Origin: Sphaerodactylus townsendi | Lineage: Eukaryota | Length of the DNA: 64,000 bases | Reading direction: 5' to 3' | Assembly: GCF_021028975.2 (NCBI RefSeq) | Contig: NC_059437.1 | Coordinates: 58,094,001-58,158,000, forward strand | Part shown: positions 13,299 to 24,766 of the stretch, piece by piece | How positions within the stretch are numbered: the first letter of the stretch is position 1 | Layout of the letters: each line of letters begins with the position of its first letter | Program-made: the position numbers and the translations under genes | The notes under the pieces: model-generated | What the model was told of the DNA's origin: nothing | The model's input: the letters and a program-made list of their open reading frames with translations, nothing else | Database searches by the model: none

Positions 13299-14480
13299 GC
13301 GACGGCCGGACCGGCGGCGACGAACGGAGCCTGGCCTGGCCCCGCCCGCACTCACGCCGCCTCCACGTCCTCCCCGGCCGCGCCGAGCCAGCCCCGCTCC
13401 CGCTCCCGCTCCCGCCCCGGCGCCATCTTCGGACTCCGGCCACCGCGCGGAGGGAGGGGCGCCTTGGCGCTGCCCCGCCCCGGAGGGGAGAAGGCAAGAA
13501 GGCGGGCGGCCGCCCCCTGCCCTGGCCTGCCCCGCTCTTGCCGCCTGCCGGGGCCCCGGGGCGTGCGGGCGGCCGGGCAACGGCGCGGCCAACTTTTCGC
13601 CCTGCGGCAAGTTGAGGCGGAGAGTTTGCCCAGCGGAGGCGCCGAGTCCGTCTCCCCCGGCGGCCGGCCCGAGAAAGGCCTCCGGCGCGCATCCCGCTGC
13701 AGCCTTCTGCGGGGACGCGCTGCCTCGGGGGGGTGGGGGGGGAGCGGCGGAACTGGGCAGCCCGGCCAGGGATTGTCCGGCGGGCAGAGGGGGAGCCGCC
13801 GCCGCCGCCGCCGGGATGGGGGGGGGGAGTTAGTTGCTGACCGACGGCGAACGCCGTCGACCAGGCCCGCGCGGAGCAGCTGCCGCCACCAGCGCCACGA
13901 ACAAGGCGAGCAAGATCTCCAGCGGCCCCGAAGAAGGGCGGGAGGGGCCCTCCGGGCGCTCTGCCACTGGCCCAGAGACGCGCTTCTGCATCAGCCCCCC
14001 CCCCGTCCTCGCTCCCTCCCGGCGCCGGGGGGGTCTGCGGGCGGAATGGGGGGAGCAGCCGGCAGTGGAATGAGACCGGCCCGCCGGCCAGCGCTGCAGC
14101 TCTTCTCCCGCCGCCCAGCACGGGGCGCCTCGCCTGCTCCCCCCGCCGTCGGTCCACTTCCAAAGTGCGGGTCCCTCCAAGACGAGGACAGCAGCTCCTG
14201 GCTGAGCCGGCCTTTAGTGGGTCTGGAAGGTGCCGCTGGGCTCCCCCGAGGCTGTCCCCCCCGTCCCCTGCTGGATCCCTTCCCACTCCGGGAGCCGCCC
14301 CGCCTTCCCCGAGCTCAGCTCCTCGGGTGAATTCGCGCAGCTCTCGGGTCCTTGCGCTGGGCTTTCCTGGCTCCCGTCCCCCACCCCCCCTCCGCCCCTT
14401 GGGCATTCCCGCGTCTCCCCCGTTGCTCCCTCCCAGTGGGCCATCCAGCCATTCCGTGGGGCAGGCAGGTGAGGGCTGCT
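11950..14480. promoter_or_regulatory. CpG island spanning the TTC28 promoter and exon 1
   Basis: Very GC- and CpG-rich, with (GGC)n/(GCC)n tracts, against a CpG-depleted background. Confidence 0.9.
13188..13298 (-). CDS. TTC28: TTC28 coding exon 1
   Basis: ATG at 13298 in a CpG island; 37 codons beginning MEQQAPPPAP (human MEQSPPPAP); donor CGG|GTGAGT. Confidence 0.85.
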
Positions 14481-14743
14481 GGAAGCAGAAACACATTGCA
14501 GGTGTCTCCATGCCAGTGCTAGAATTGGCCTCTGAGCCAAGGTGGGGCCACTGGAATGCTTTGTGCTCAGTGACCACTTAGATATAGCCAGTACCTCAGA
14601 AACATGGAGGAAAGGGGGGAATCTAGGGGATACAGTCATCCCTGGGTGCAGTCTCTGTAGCCAGGACAATGAGGGGTGGGGTGGTGAAGGTAGTGCCTTA
14701 TGCATCAAAGAGGGCACAGAATCCATGAGGCATAGAAAGCATG

Positions 14744-15002
14744 TGTAAGGAATTCCATAGAAGCAGAAATAAAAGGCTCTTCGGTGGAAAAAGACCGTTT
14801 ATTCAGACATCTTAGAAAGCTCAAGTACCAGCCTGGCAGGAATACTTCCGTAGAAGCACGGGTTAACAACTCTATCCATCATCCCCTCCATTACATGGAG
14901 ACGGAGACCTCATCTCCGGCGCGAGATGAGTCTCGCCGATGAGCTGTCGCCAGGGCTGTGTATGTACTCAAGATGTGCATCAACACCATTGAAACCTTTA
15001 CA
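14744..15002 (-). repeat. 3' LTR of the Gypsy element
   Basis: Direct repeat of the right-hand copy, adjacent to the PPT; AATAAA on the minus strand. Confidence 0.88.
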
Positions 15003-18000
15003 CTCTGCCTCCCTTAAAGAAGACCCCTCCCCAGGTTTATGCGGAAAGTGATTGGAAAGCAGGGAAATAAGGTTAAGGAAGTCAATATTTCGGAATAAAC
15101 CCATTGATTATACCCAGAGGAATATCCCACCCAAGGGCTAAATATTGCAAGCGTTTGGAGTGAGAGTCAGGATGAAGCGTCCAATTTCGTAGTGCTTGTA
15201 TTGCATCAATAATAGTGGGTGGGGGGTCTCTCCGTGGTCGTGCCAGACATCGAGGCGGGAGCCTCCTTGGAAGGTAAACTGGAATGGAAGACAGGATGAA
15301 TGTTACTAAGAGTTGAAGCCCAAAATCCAATGGGCAGTGACATCATTAATCACTTTAGTAATCTGTAAGAAAGGTCCTGAATCTTTTGCCTGGTTTGGAA
15401 AATTTATGCCGCGTCTCACAGGAATTTTGGTGAATAACAAATACACCCAAGCCCTGCATGAAATCCGGCGGTGCTTATCCGCTTACAGGCTTTGGGAGTC
15501 CTTAGCCTGTTGTAAAGAGGCGGTCTGGACCCGATTTCCACCCCTCGGCTAGGGATAGAAATCCATTGTTGAAACTCTGGAGGATCAAAGCTGTTGCGGT
15601 GAATTCGCGGCAGCGGAAAGGCGACAGACACAATTTCAAAGGGGTTTTCTTTGTACTGCTATGAACCGCATTGTTATAGGTACTCCGCCAAGCGGAATAG
15701 GCTTCGCGCAATTGTCTTGAGTGGTAGTTGGTGCTTTCGCGTAAATACTGCTCTAGAGGTTCTGTTAGTTCTCTCCGACTCACCGTCACTTTGAGCGTGG
15801 TAGAGGCGACGAAGTGACTAACAACCTAAAAAAGCAGAACTTTGAAATGAATTGGGGGCGTGGTGGGAGACCACCTTACTTGGCGGTGTAGGCGGTAAAC
15901 ATGTTGAATGAACAGCCGTGCTAACTTAGGCTTGGAGGGATGGAAGCACATGGAATAAAATAGGCTTGTTTAGAAAATAAGTCAACCACTACCCACTTGA
16001 ACCGTGTTGCCATGACTTTCCGGTAAATCTGTAATAAAATCCATGGAGATGACTTCCCAGAGGCGGGAGGCCACGGGAGAGGTTTCAACAGCCCATGGGG
16101 CTTTCAGAATGTTTTGGCTTCTGCACAAAACAGAGCAACCTTTAATATACGCCTCAATGTCCTTTAGCATTGCGGCGCCACGGGCAGCGAGGGCCAAATG
16201 CAGGAGTTTCAGAAAGCCAAAATGTCCAGCCGGCCGAGGGCATCGTGGCGAGCTTCAAGAACCTGCTTGCTTGGAGGCGCGTGCCAACACTCCCCCTCCG
16301 TAACTCCATTCTCCAAACGCAGTGGGGTCACCTTCCTCCGGCTGGAGGCTCATGCAGCCGCCTCCTCGAGTTCCCTTGGGAAAGGAGAGGCGAGAGAATG
16401 GGCGGTGAAGGGGAGTGGGCGTCTGGTCGGTGTAGCCCCAACTGGGAGGGGAGAGAACAGTGCGTGGAATGTCTCGTAAGGCAGCTCCACCCCCCCCCTC
16501 CCGAGATTGGTAGCGTCAGCCAGTTGTGGTTTTCCGGGGGGGAAAAATGGACTGTGAAAGAAGCGAGAAAGAAATCGGCATTGCCGGAGTTGTTTTGCGG
16601 ACATCTTGAAGTGGAAAAGAAGCGGCCAGGTTTTGTGATCCGACCAAACCTGAAAGGGGTGTTTAGCCCCCTCCAGCCAGTGGCGCCAAGTGGAGAGTGC
16701 TACTTTGATGGCGCGGTCTCTTTATCTCCACAGTCCAGTTGAGTTCAACACGGAGAATTTCTTTGACAAATAAGCACACGGAACCAGTCTACCATCTTTA
16801 TTTTTCTGCAACAGGGCTGCCCCAAGCGCTTTGTCCGAGGCATCCCGTGAACCACAAACGGGAGATCTGGGTCAGAGTGCTTTAGAATGGGTTCAAATTG
16901 GTAAAAGCAGACTTTAAGAGCTGAAAGGCTGTTTGACATTCTTCAGACCAGGAAAGGGGGCCCGGGCTTGGCCGGACAGTGGATCTTTACCCTTAGTGCG
17001 TAAGAGGTCTGTGAGAGGAGAGTCAGTTCAATGGGGGGTATGAAGTCCGCGATAGAAATTAGCAAAGCAGAAAGATTGGAGTTCTTCGGTTGGTGGGGGC
17101 AGGCCATTGGAGGACCAGCGTCAATTTTGCGGATCCATTTTTAAGCCCTGAGAATCCATTAACCAAATAGTCAATAGAGGTCTGGTGGAAACAGCATTTG
17201 GAGAGTTTGGCAAAGAGAGTTGTTGAGCAAAGCGTTTAATACTTCCCGAACCAATAGCTTCATGCTCTTCCATGGTTTGTGAATAAATTAAAAGCGTCAT
17301 CTAAGTATACCACAACTCCCTTGTACAATAAATCATGGAGAACCGTTGATAGGGGCCATACAAAAGCCCGGGGCTACCAACGAATGGCATTATTAAGTAT
17401 TCAAACTGTCCAAACTTTGTGTTAAGCAGTCAAGTGTTCATAGCCTTCAGCAATTCTGACCCTGTAGTAAGCTTCTCTCAAGTCCAATTTAGTAAAGATG
17501 TGCCCTTTGCCCCAATGCATCTAAGAGGTCCTTGATCAAAGGCAAAGGATATTTGATGGACAGGAGACTGCATTGAGACCTCGATAATCTGTGCAAAACC
17601 GTGAAGACCCATCTTTCTTTTTTTACAAACAAAAGCGGAGACTGGCGTGTGTGTTTGTGCTTCCGCCGTATGAACCCTTGGCGAGGTTCTTGTCCAGGCG
17701 AGAAGTTCCTTCTCCTCATTAGGACTCATCACGGTGGATTCTACCTTTGGGCAGTTAAGCCCCGGCTGTATAACGATTTGCAGTCAGTGTCTCTATGGGG
17801 TGGCAACTGATGCGCATTCTTGCTCCCTGAAAACTCTGGCTAAGATCTTGAAATGCGCCCACGATTGGGATGTAATAGAATCAGGAGCAATGGCTGATGG
17901 AAAGCCAGAGAGGGGGGTGTGTCAGGAGAAGTTGAGTTTTCCCCAATTCATGTGTTCACCTTGAGAGGGTCAGTGAATTCTAAGATCCTTTCTTTCCAAA

Positions 18001-20593
18001 TGAACTTTGGTTCATGTAACAATAACCATAGCATGCCCAGAACTGTAAGGTGTTTGGCCACTGGGCGCCAAAATAAAACTAATTTTCTCCCAATGGTGGT
18101 ATAGCGGAGAGAGCGGTTGTGTTTTGAACTGGGCGGTCCTTAGTTCGAGAGGGCTGCCCGTCCATTTGGGTGAATGGTATGGGCAACCAGGAATTTGGTC
18201 AGACCCTGGCTCCTCTGCCACCTGGGGCGCGTGGCAATGGGAGCAGCCAGAATCCACAGGCGAGGCTATAATGCGGTATGCTTAGGGTTGGCCAAGCGGC
18301 TTGGACAGTAATGGGGCGCTGCCTTCACTCACCAGCGTCGGGAGTCGGACCCATGTCCATGGGGGCTGAAGAAAGGCAAACAGCTGCTTCCCCTCCTCCG
18401 GGTGCGCCGATGACGCTTTAGATGAGCCCGTCGGCGGCCCGATTCGCGTGGTGGCAGCAGATAGGGGTGCTGGCGTGGCTGGAGCGGTTGGTTTGTTCTT
18501 CGGACAGTTGGCGGCTAGATGACCTGGTCCTCCGCGAGTAAGGCAACAATCCCAGTCGGCCCAGCTCAGGAAGTGGTCAGGTAGGCGGCTGGGCTTGGCA
18601 ATTGAGCAGTGATGGCAGGTTTTGGTAGGCTGACCTCCACGGCCTGGCGTATTCCAGCGAAGGCGCCACCTGGGATCCCCAACTGGATCCAATCAGCAAT
18701 AGTCACGAGGAACCCGAATTAAAACACCGTTTCCGCGCGGCTTACCGTCAACAGCATCCGAGAAGTATTAGGCATTTCATGCGTTCAGGCCACTCAGGAG
18801 GAGTCGACGCCGCGAAATTCACCGGGTAAATTCTGCAAGCGGCGGTTGCTGCCCTGCTGGAATGGATTTGATGGTAAGGATAGCTTCATTTTCGGCGCCC
18901 AGGATCTTGGAAGCGGCGCTCTTAAGAGCTTGGAGGAATCTCGGGCACCCATGCGTAGAGAGTCTTCATCTTGCAAAATCCAAAAAAAGTCACAAAACCC
19001 AGTCGGCTGCTGCCCCATCAGGACTAGGCGATGTCCATATTACACCGGCGCTCGGAGCCATTTATAAATCATCGCAGTCCTCCATGGTGGGCATCGAGGT
19101 TGTAATACCAAGATGAAGTAGGGGAGTTTGGAAGCGGTCCCCATCAGCAGGCAGGTATCGGAGGGGCCTGTAGTAACCCCTTTCCATGGCTCTTAGAAGC
19201 CTGCAGGATGCGCAGGAGTTGAGCAGGTTAGGCGGTGAGCAGCGGTGCACGCGCCGGAATGTCGGGTGGCGGTATTAAACGTATGCGGTGCGGCTGGCGT
19301 TCCGGTGGGAACTGAGCTGGTCGTGGAAGGTGCTTGGGGCGGCTAAGCGTTGCCCCTCTGAAGCCCGGCAGTATCAGTGAACAGCGTAGACTCCAACTTG
19401 GGGCTTCCTGGTCTGCTTTCTGCTTCCCTCAGTTTGTCCCTCTCCAAGGCAATAGCCAGCTCTCTCCTTACCTTGGTCAATGCATCCTGAATTAAGCATG
19501 CAGAGCTGCTTTCTACCGTTCCAATTTAGCCAATTCGTCCCGGTTTAATAGCTGCGAAGTAAAGCTCACTTTCGTCGCGCATAAATGCGCCTGAGCTTTG
19601 GCGTTGCCGCTGCCGTAAATCCAGTTTAGGAGTGTTCCAGGACCTTATGCATGGACTGACTTGAGAATTCTCGCATATTGCCGTTACAGGCGCGTGCATC
19701 TTTGGCTTGCGGTCCAACTTTCGAGTTGGACTTCTTTCGCGTTGCTGTTCCCCGGTCCCTCTGCAGGTTTCAAAATGGCGCTTGCTGCACGCCTGTGCCC
19801 GTTCCTCCTCTCCATAGCTGGCGTTCCACGGGTCCATAGCTTCTTGGGCATCTACGCCCAGTCGGCCGCACTTCCTCATCCCAGTTCTCTTTTCGATGGG
19901 AGAGGGAACAGATCCGGCTGGAGTGCAGGCTTTCGCCGGACTCTTAAATTACCGATCTGGAAGCCGAGACATCGGAGACACACCGTAGCCACCGGTGGCT
20001 CCTGGGGCACCTCAGGTGCAGCCGCTGACCGGGATCCAGGGGAGGTCCCGATCGGGAAGGCGATGCGGATACCCTCCCAATCAGGTTTAGTCCCAGTGTC
20101 GCCCGGACAGACTGATCGCTGTGCCCGCGGTGGTTCTTTGGGAGCATCACCAAAATCACGAGGTCAGGAATCGTTCAATGGACTCCTGGGTTGCCGCTGA
20201 TGAAAGGTGGTCCGGAGCCATCTCCTCCACTGACAGGCAGTTGCATCTGAGGTTTTGTAATCCATACGAAAGCGGGTAGAGAATCCGATCCACGAAGGCG
20301 CTCGATCCATAGGCACAGCGCCCCAAGCGACTCATGTAACCATCCCATATTAGGTACCGTCATCACGTCCCTCATTCCAATGGAGTAAAGGAAGACCTTC
20401 GTGCTGATCGAGGGCGGGAAAAGAAGTCACCAGCGAGACCGTTCTCCGCCGGTTCACTCCAGATCCAGAAGGAAAGGTTGGAGCCCTCTTTGGGAGCTTC
20501 GCACCTTCCCCGAAACATTTCCAACCTCTCCGTGCCGAGAAACCAGAGGGCCACTGCACTAGGGATATAGATGAAGTAAGATTCCTGCCACAA

Positions 20594-20891
20594 TGGTAAT
20601 TCCAGTAGAAGCAGAAATAAAAGGCTCTTCGGTGGAAAAAGACCGTTTATTCAGACATCTTAGAAAGCTCAAGTACACGCAGTGGCAGGAATGACACTTC
20701 CGCCAGAAGCACAGGTTATAACTCTATGCAATGCATCCCCTCCACGGCTTCCCATGAGACGGAGACCTCATCTCAGCGCCAGAGATAAAGTCTCTCATGG
20801 TAAAGCCTGGCCATCGCCAGACTGTGGGAATGATAATGTGCTCAAGGTTAAGTGACTTGCCCTTCCCATCAACACCATTGAAACCTTTACA
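20594..20891 (-). repeat. 5' LTR of the Gypsy element (inner boundary approximate)
   Basis: Shares AGAAGCAGAAATAAAAGGCTCTTCGGTGGAAAAAGACCGTTTATTCAGACATC and CATCAACACCATTGAAACCTTTACA with the left LTR. Confidence 0.85.
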
Positions 20892-23800
20892 GCATGAGGG
20901 GGTGAACTCCCCAACAGAAGTGATTTGGGCGGAAACACTGGATGATTTAGAAGAGGGGGTGCTCTGTCTCTTTTGAAGCAGATCTTGAGATGGAGGAAGC
21001 AATTAGGGAGGTGACGGAAGCAGATACTGTTGTGTTGCCGGGAGACGTCAACTGCCCGCCCATGGATTGGATAAACATGTGCTTGAGTAAGTTATGCTGT
21101 AAACATGAGATTCCCTCCCAGACATCATACATGACTACTGTGCACTCAGAAAGTTGGTCACGGAGCCGACCAGAAGGGAAGTGATCTTGGACTTGGCTCT
21201 GAGGGGGGCTCCAGACTAGGTGAGAGATGTAGCGGGTCTTGAACCATTTGGGAACAATGCTACGAAGTACGGTGTTCATGCCCATGGAAAGTTGTGGTGG
21301 GCACCAGAGTTGCTGGGGACCCCAGCACAATCCCGGAGCAATCTGAGCCTTGTGTTCGTTGCATGGACTGTCCATAGAGAACCAACTGTAGGTGCTGTTA
21401 GCAGACCACCCCCACTGCAGTGGGCCTCAGGATTGGCTGGCCATTTCTGTTTCCAGGGTTTTTTTTGGAGGGTCAGGACAGTTTTTCCAATGCCAAAATT
21501 GGGAGGGGGAGATCCTATGAGATATTTTTCTTTCTTAATAAGTGAAACCCTGCCTTGCAAAGCATTTCACTCATTCCAAATACACAGCATGAAAATGTCT
21601 GTGGGATTTATTAATGTTTCCCATGGAAATGTTGGGGGTTGAACACTGAGAAAAGGTTGAGGTGCTGCAGACATACAATATTTTCTTTTTTTGTTTGTTT
21701 AAATGTAAATAATTCTGACAGCAATTAAGTGCTCAAATGTGCTTAGAAGATTGAAAATACTGAACTCTTCAAAATATATATTATAAAATAAATGTAGTGT
21801 CATAAGTGTATCTTAATATCCAAACATCCTGATAATCCTTCCACTTCCTGTGAATCTCTATGTCAAGACCCGGTCAGTGCTGGCCACGTTTCCCGCAGGG
21901 GCTTCAAAGAGAGAGAGAGAGTGCAACTGTTGCTCTTTGTCTGGGAGCTGGTGCGGTTTGGGAGACAGCTGAATAAGAGGGGGCGGGGGGGTGGGTGGGG
22001 GGTGGGGTGGGGGGTTCACTGAGCAACAGGAGGAGGCCTGCAGAGCTGCATATCTTGGGGACTTGGGGGCCAAAAGGCAACCTTGTCGAGGATTCCTGCT
22101 GTGTCGCATTCCTGGGACCTGTCATTCAATAAAAAGGATTTCATTATTAAATGAGTCTCATTATTGGACAACCCAGGGCCACGACATTATAAGATGTGGG
22201 AATTTCCGTTCAGATAATACACTTGTTTATTTCAGAATTTGTTTCCTACCTTCAACTTTTATTTATTTATTTATTCAACTTAATATACCGCCCCATCCCC
22301 AGAGGGCTCTGGGCGGTGAACAACATCAAACAGCAAACATAAAATAATTAAAACATAATTATCATAAATATCAATTAAAAACAGCGAATACGTCCTAACA
22401 TAGGCATCCCACAAAAGTCAATGCTTACCATAACTAAATCTCTCCCAGAAAAAGAGGAGAGAGAAGAGATGATAAAACCTGATGATATAAGGGCTCACAT
22501 GGATCAAGACCCATATGGAACAGTGGGGGGGGGGGGCATGACCACAGACTCTTCCTTTTTAGCGTTTCGTACCTCTCAAATGGCCACAATGGATGCTGCC
22601 TGGCTATGGAAGCCCAAGGTGCAGCCCTACGCAACTGTTCACCAAAGTTTAGGTACACTTGCAGTATTTCTAACAGAAAATGAAGATCTTTATTGTTTTA
22701 AATTTTAAAAAAATATTTGTTAGCCACCTGTTTCCATTGCAGAACTCAAGGCAGCTTATAAATAAAACATTATAAAACATAAAAACACAATAAAAACAAC
22801 AATTATAAATCAGTCTCATTATTGGACGACCCAGGGCCACAACAATACAACAATTCACCTTCGACAATGCAACAATTATAAAATCCACAAAAAGTTAAAA
22901 GTTTTAAAACTCCAAAACTCCAATGCCAGGAATACATTTAATAGATATGCCCAATAGTACAATGTTATATGCTAAATAATAACGCACATTTTATGCTGTT
23001 CAGTCAGGAAAAGTTAGCATTGCAATCCCACCCACCCCCCCAATTTGTCCTTGCATGGTGTCAAAAGTTCCCATACGTTTCACATCTCTGGTCTGCACTG
23101 TCCTGAACTGTGTTCTTTTCTCTTGTGTTAGAGGTTGCTGGAGAATGCAAAGGGGCCATGCATGATTCCAAATTGTTCCCAGTTCTTCTCTTGCATTTCT
23201 GGGAGTTGGACGTGTGCCCGGTAGGAATTCTTAGCCCTCCCTCAGGGCTGGAGTTTATGGTTTAGTTCCAGTGCAATCCTTCTGGCCAGCATGCTAAATC
23301 AGAGTCAGATGAGGAGATCAGCCTCTTTCTTATTGGTGGTGAAACAGCTTAGATCAGAAGGTGGGTCTGTCTGCGGCTTTCACACTTGCAGATTCTATTA
23401 GCTACGCTCCTAACTTCACCACCCATGGAATGCTGTAAGCACCCTGCTGCCGCTGGCTCCAGGGCCAAGGGAAGGAAGAGGGCAAATCACAAGGTAATTG
23501 TCTCCTCACTCTGCTGCCCCCCCCCCCGCTCCCCCCCCCCCCCCCCCCAACTTGTGTGCAGTGTCTGGGGAGTAATTTCTGATAAAGAGCTTTTTCTTTA
23601 TGCTTTTCTCTGTGGTTCATTTGTTTCAGTTGTTCAGGGAATGTGCACATTAGTCTCCCCTTAGCTGTGAACTGTCACGAGGAAGCTTTTTGGAAAAGAA
23701 GCCCCCCCCCCCCCAGATGCCGTGACTTCCTTGGAGGCTATGGGGCAGATGGGGGCTACGTGTCACAGGGGGCTGGCAGGGCTGAGATGCTCTGGGATTG

Positions 23801-23914
23801 TCAGCAGCAGAAGGAAGAGCCTGTGGCCATTCCCCTCTCTGCTGGGCATCTCTCGCAGTCTGCTATTGTAGCTCAGTCCCCCGTTCTGAGAAAGCAAGCA
23901 GTCTGGTGCCGAAA

Positions 23915-23959
23915 ATGGAGTACCAGCCATTGCTGAAAGACGCTGGACACCGTCGCAAG
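23915..23959 (+). CDS. SLC2A11-like exon 1 ([15 protein letters not shown])
   Basis: AAAATGG start context, donor AAG|GTAAGC, phase 0 matches exon 2. Confidence 0.72.
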
Positions 23960-24727
23960 GTAAGCAACCCTCGCCCGAGAGGCAAAGGCATGTCTGTCTG
24001 CACAGTGAAGAGGGAAGGGGGCACAAATCCAGAGCGGTCCTGTGCAATCCCACTGGTTAGGAGGGCACAGCCCTCAGTGCATTTAGTCAGAAGAAGTTGG
24101 TGGACTCCAGTAGGACTTATTTGCAAGTAAACATGCAAAACTCAGGGAGATTTTTTAAAAGCTCGGACACCATTCCCCCTGGACTTGACCAAACCTCTTC
24201 AATGTTTGTTTACAAATCTCTCCTCCTTCCACAAGCTGACGGGGTGAGTGCTGCCATCAGAAAGTTCAGCTGTGGCTGAGGACTCCCAGTGGCTTCCCTG
24301 AAACTGCCTGTGATTTCTGGGGGAAGTCAAAGGGGGTCTCTTGCAACAGCAAATGCAGTTACTTGCTGGAGTTAGTAATTATTTTTGTTTTGTTCTTAAT
24401 CATACCTCCGTGTAGCCATCAGATGAGCTGCTCACAGGCAGAAGCGGTTTGAGGAGGCGCAGGGTGAGGCTGGCGAGGATGCAGTCTTTTCAGAGGGGCT
24501 CTTGTCTCTGGGCTTAAAGAAACCGGTTCACAGTTTGCTGACATTCCTATGTAGGTTCTTGGTTGGGATACAGAAGATGTGTGTATGTAACAGCACAGTC
24601 ATCCCAACGGCTCTTTGAATATCACCGTTCAGTTCTCTGCCTGCGGTGGAAGTGGCTGAATTTTTATGCTCAAGACAGTAAGCCCGGGCATTGTTTGTGA
24701 CTTGGAAAATGTGCACGCACACGCACG

Positions 24728-24766
<39 letters not shown>

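Larger units (their letters stand above)
14744..20891 (-). mobile_element. Full-length Ty3/Gypsy LTR retrotransposon (chromovirus type), frameshifted
   Basis: Direct repeats TG...CA at 14744-15002 and about 20594-20891; TSD GCATG at 14739-14743 and 20892-20896; polypurine tract at 15003-15013. Minus-strand remnants in Gypsy order: zinc knuckle (GGPGHLAANCPK), protease (DSGCSH), RT (VVVYLDD near 17300), RNase H region (PILKHSDPDLPFVV), integrase (WEVISMDFITDLPES), chromodomain-like end (PPPTIID...RLQYL). Confidence 0.92.
14560..21300 (+). mobile_element. Old CR1 LINE endonuclease fragment split by the Gypsy insertion (about 14560-14743 and 20892-21300)
   Basis: LDIASTSETW...DTVIPG...ALCIKEG before the insertion and VVLPGDVNCPPMDW after it resemble the APE endonuclease of CR1 ORF2. 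Confidence 0.7.

Noticed and set aside
12073-14577. Overlapping 370-590 aa ORFs on both strands
   Set aside because: Low-complexity Pro/Arg/Gly/Ala translations expected from stop-poor CpG-island DNA; only 13188-13298 is supported as coding.
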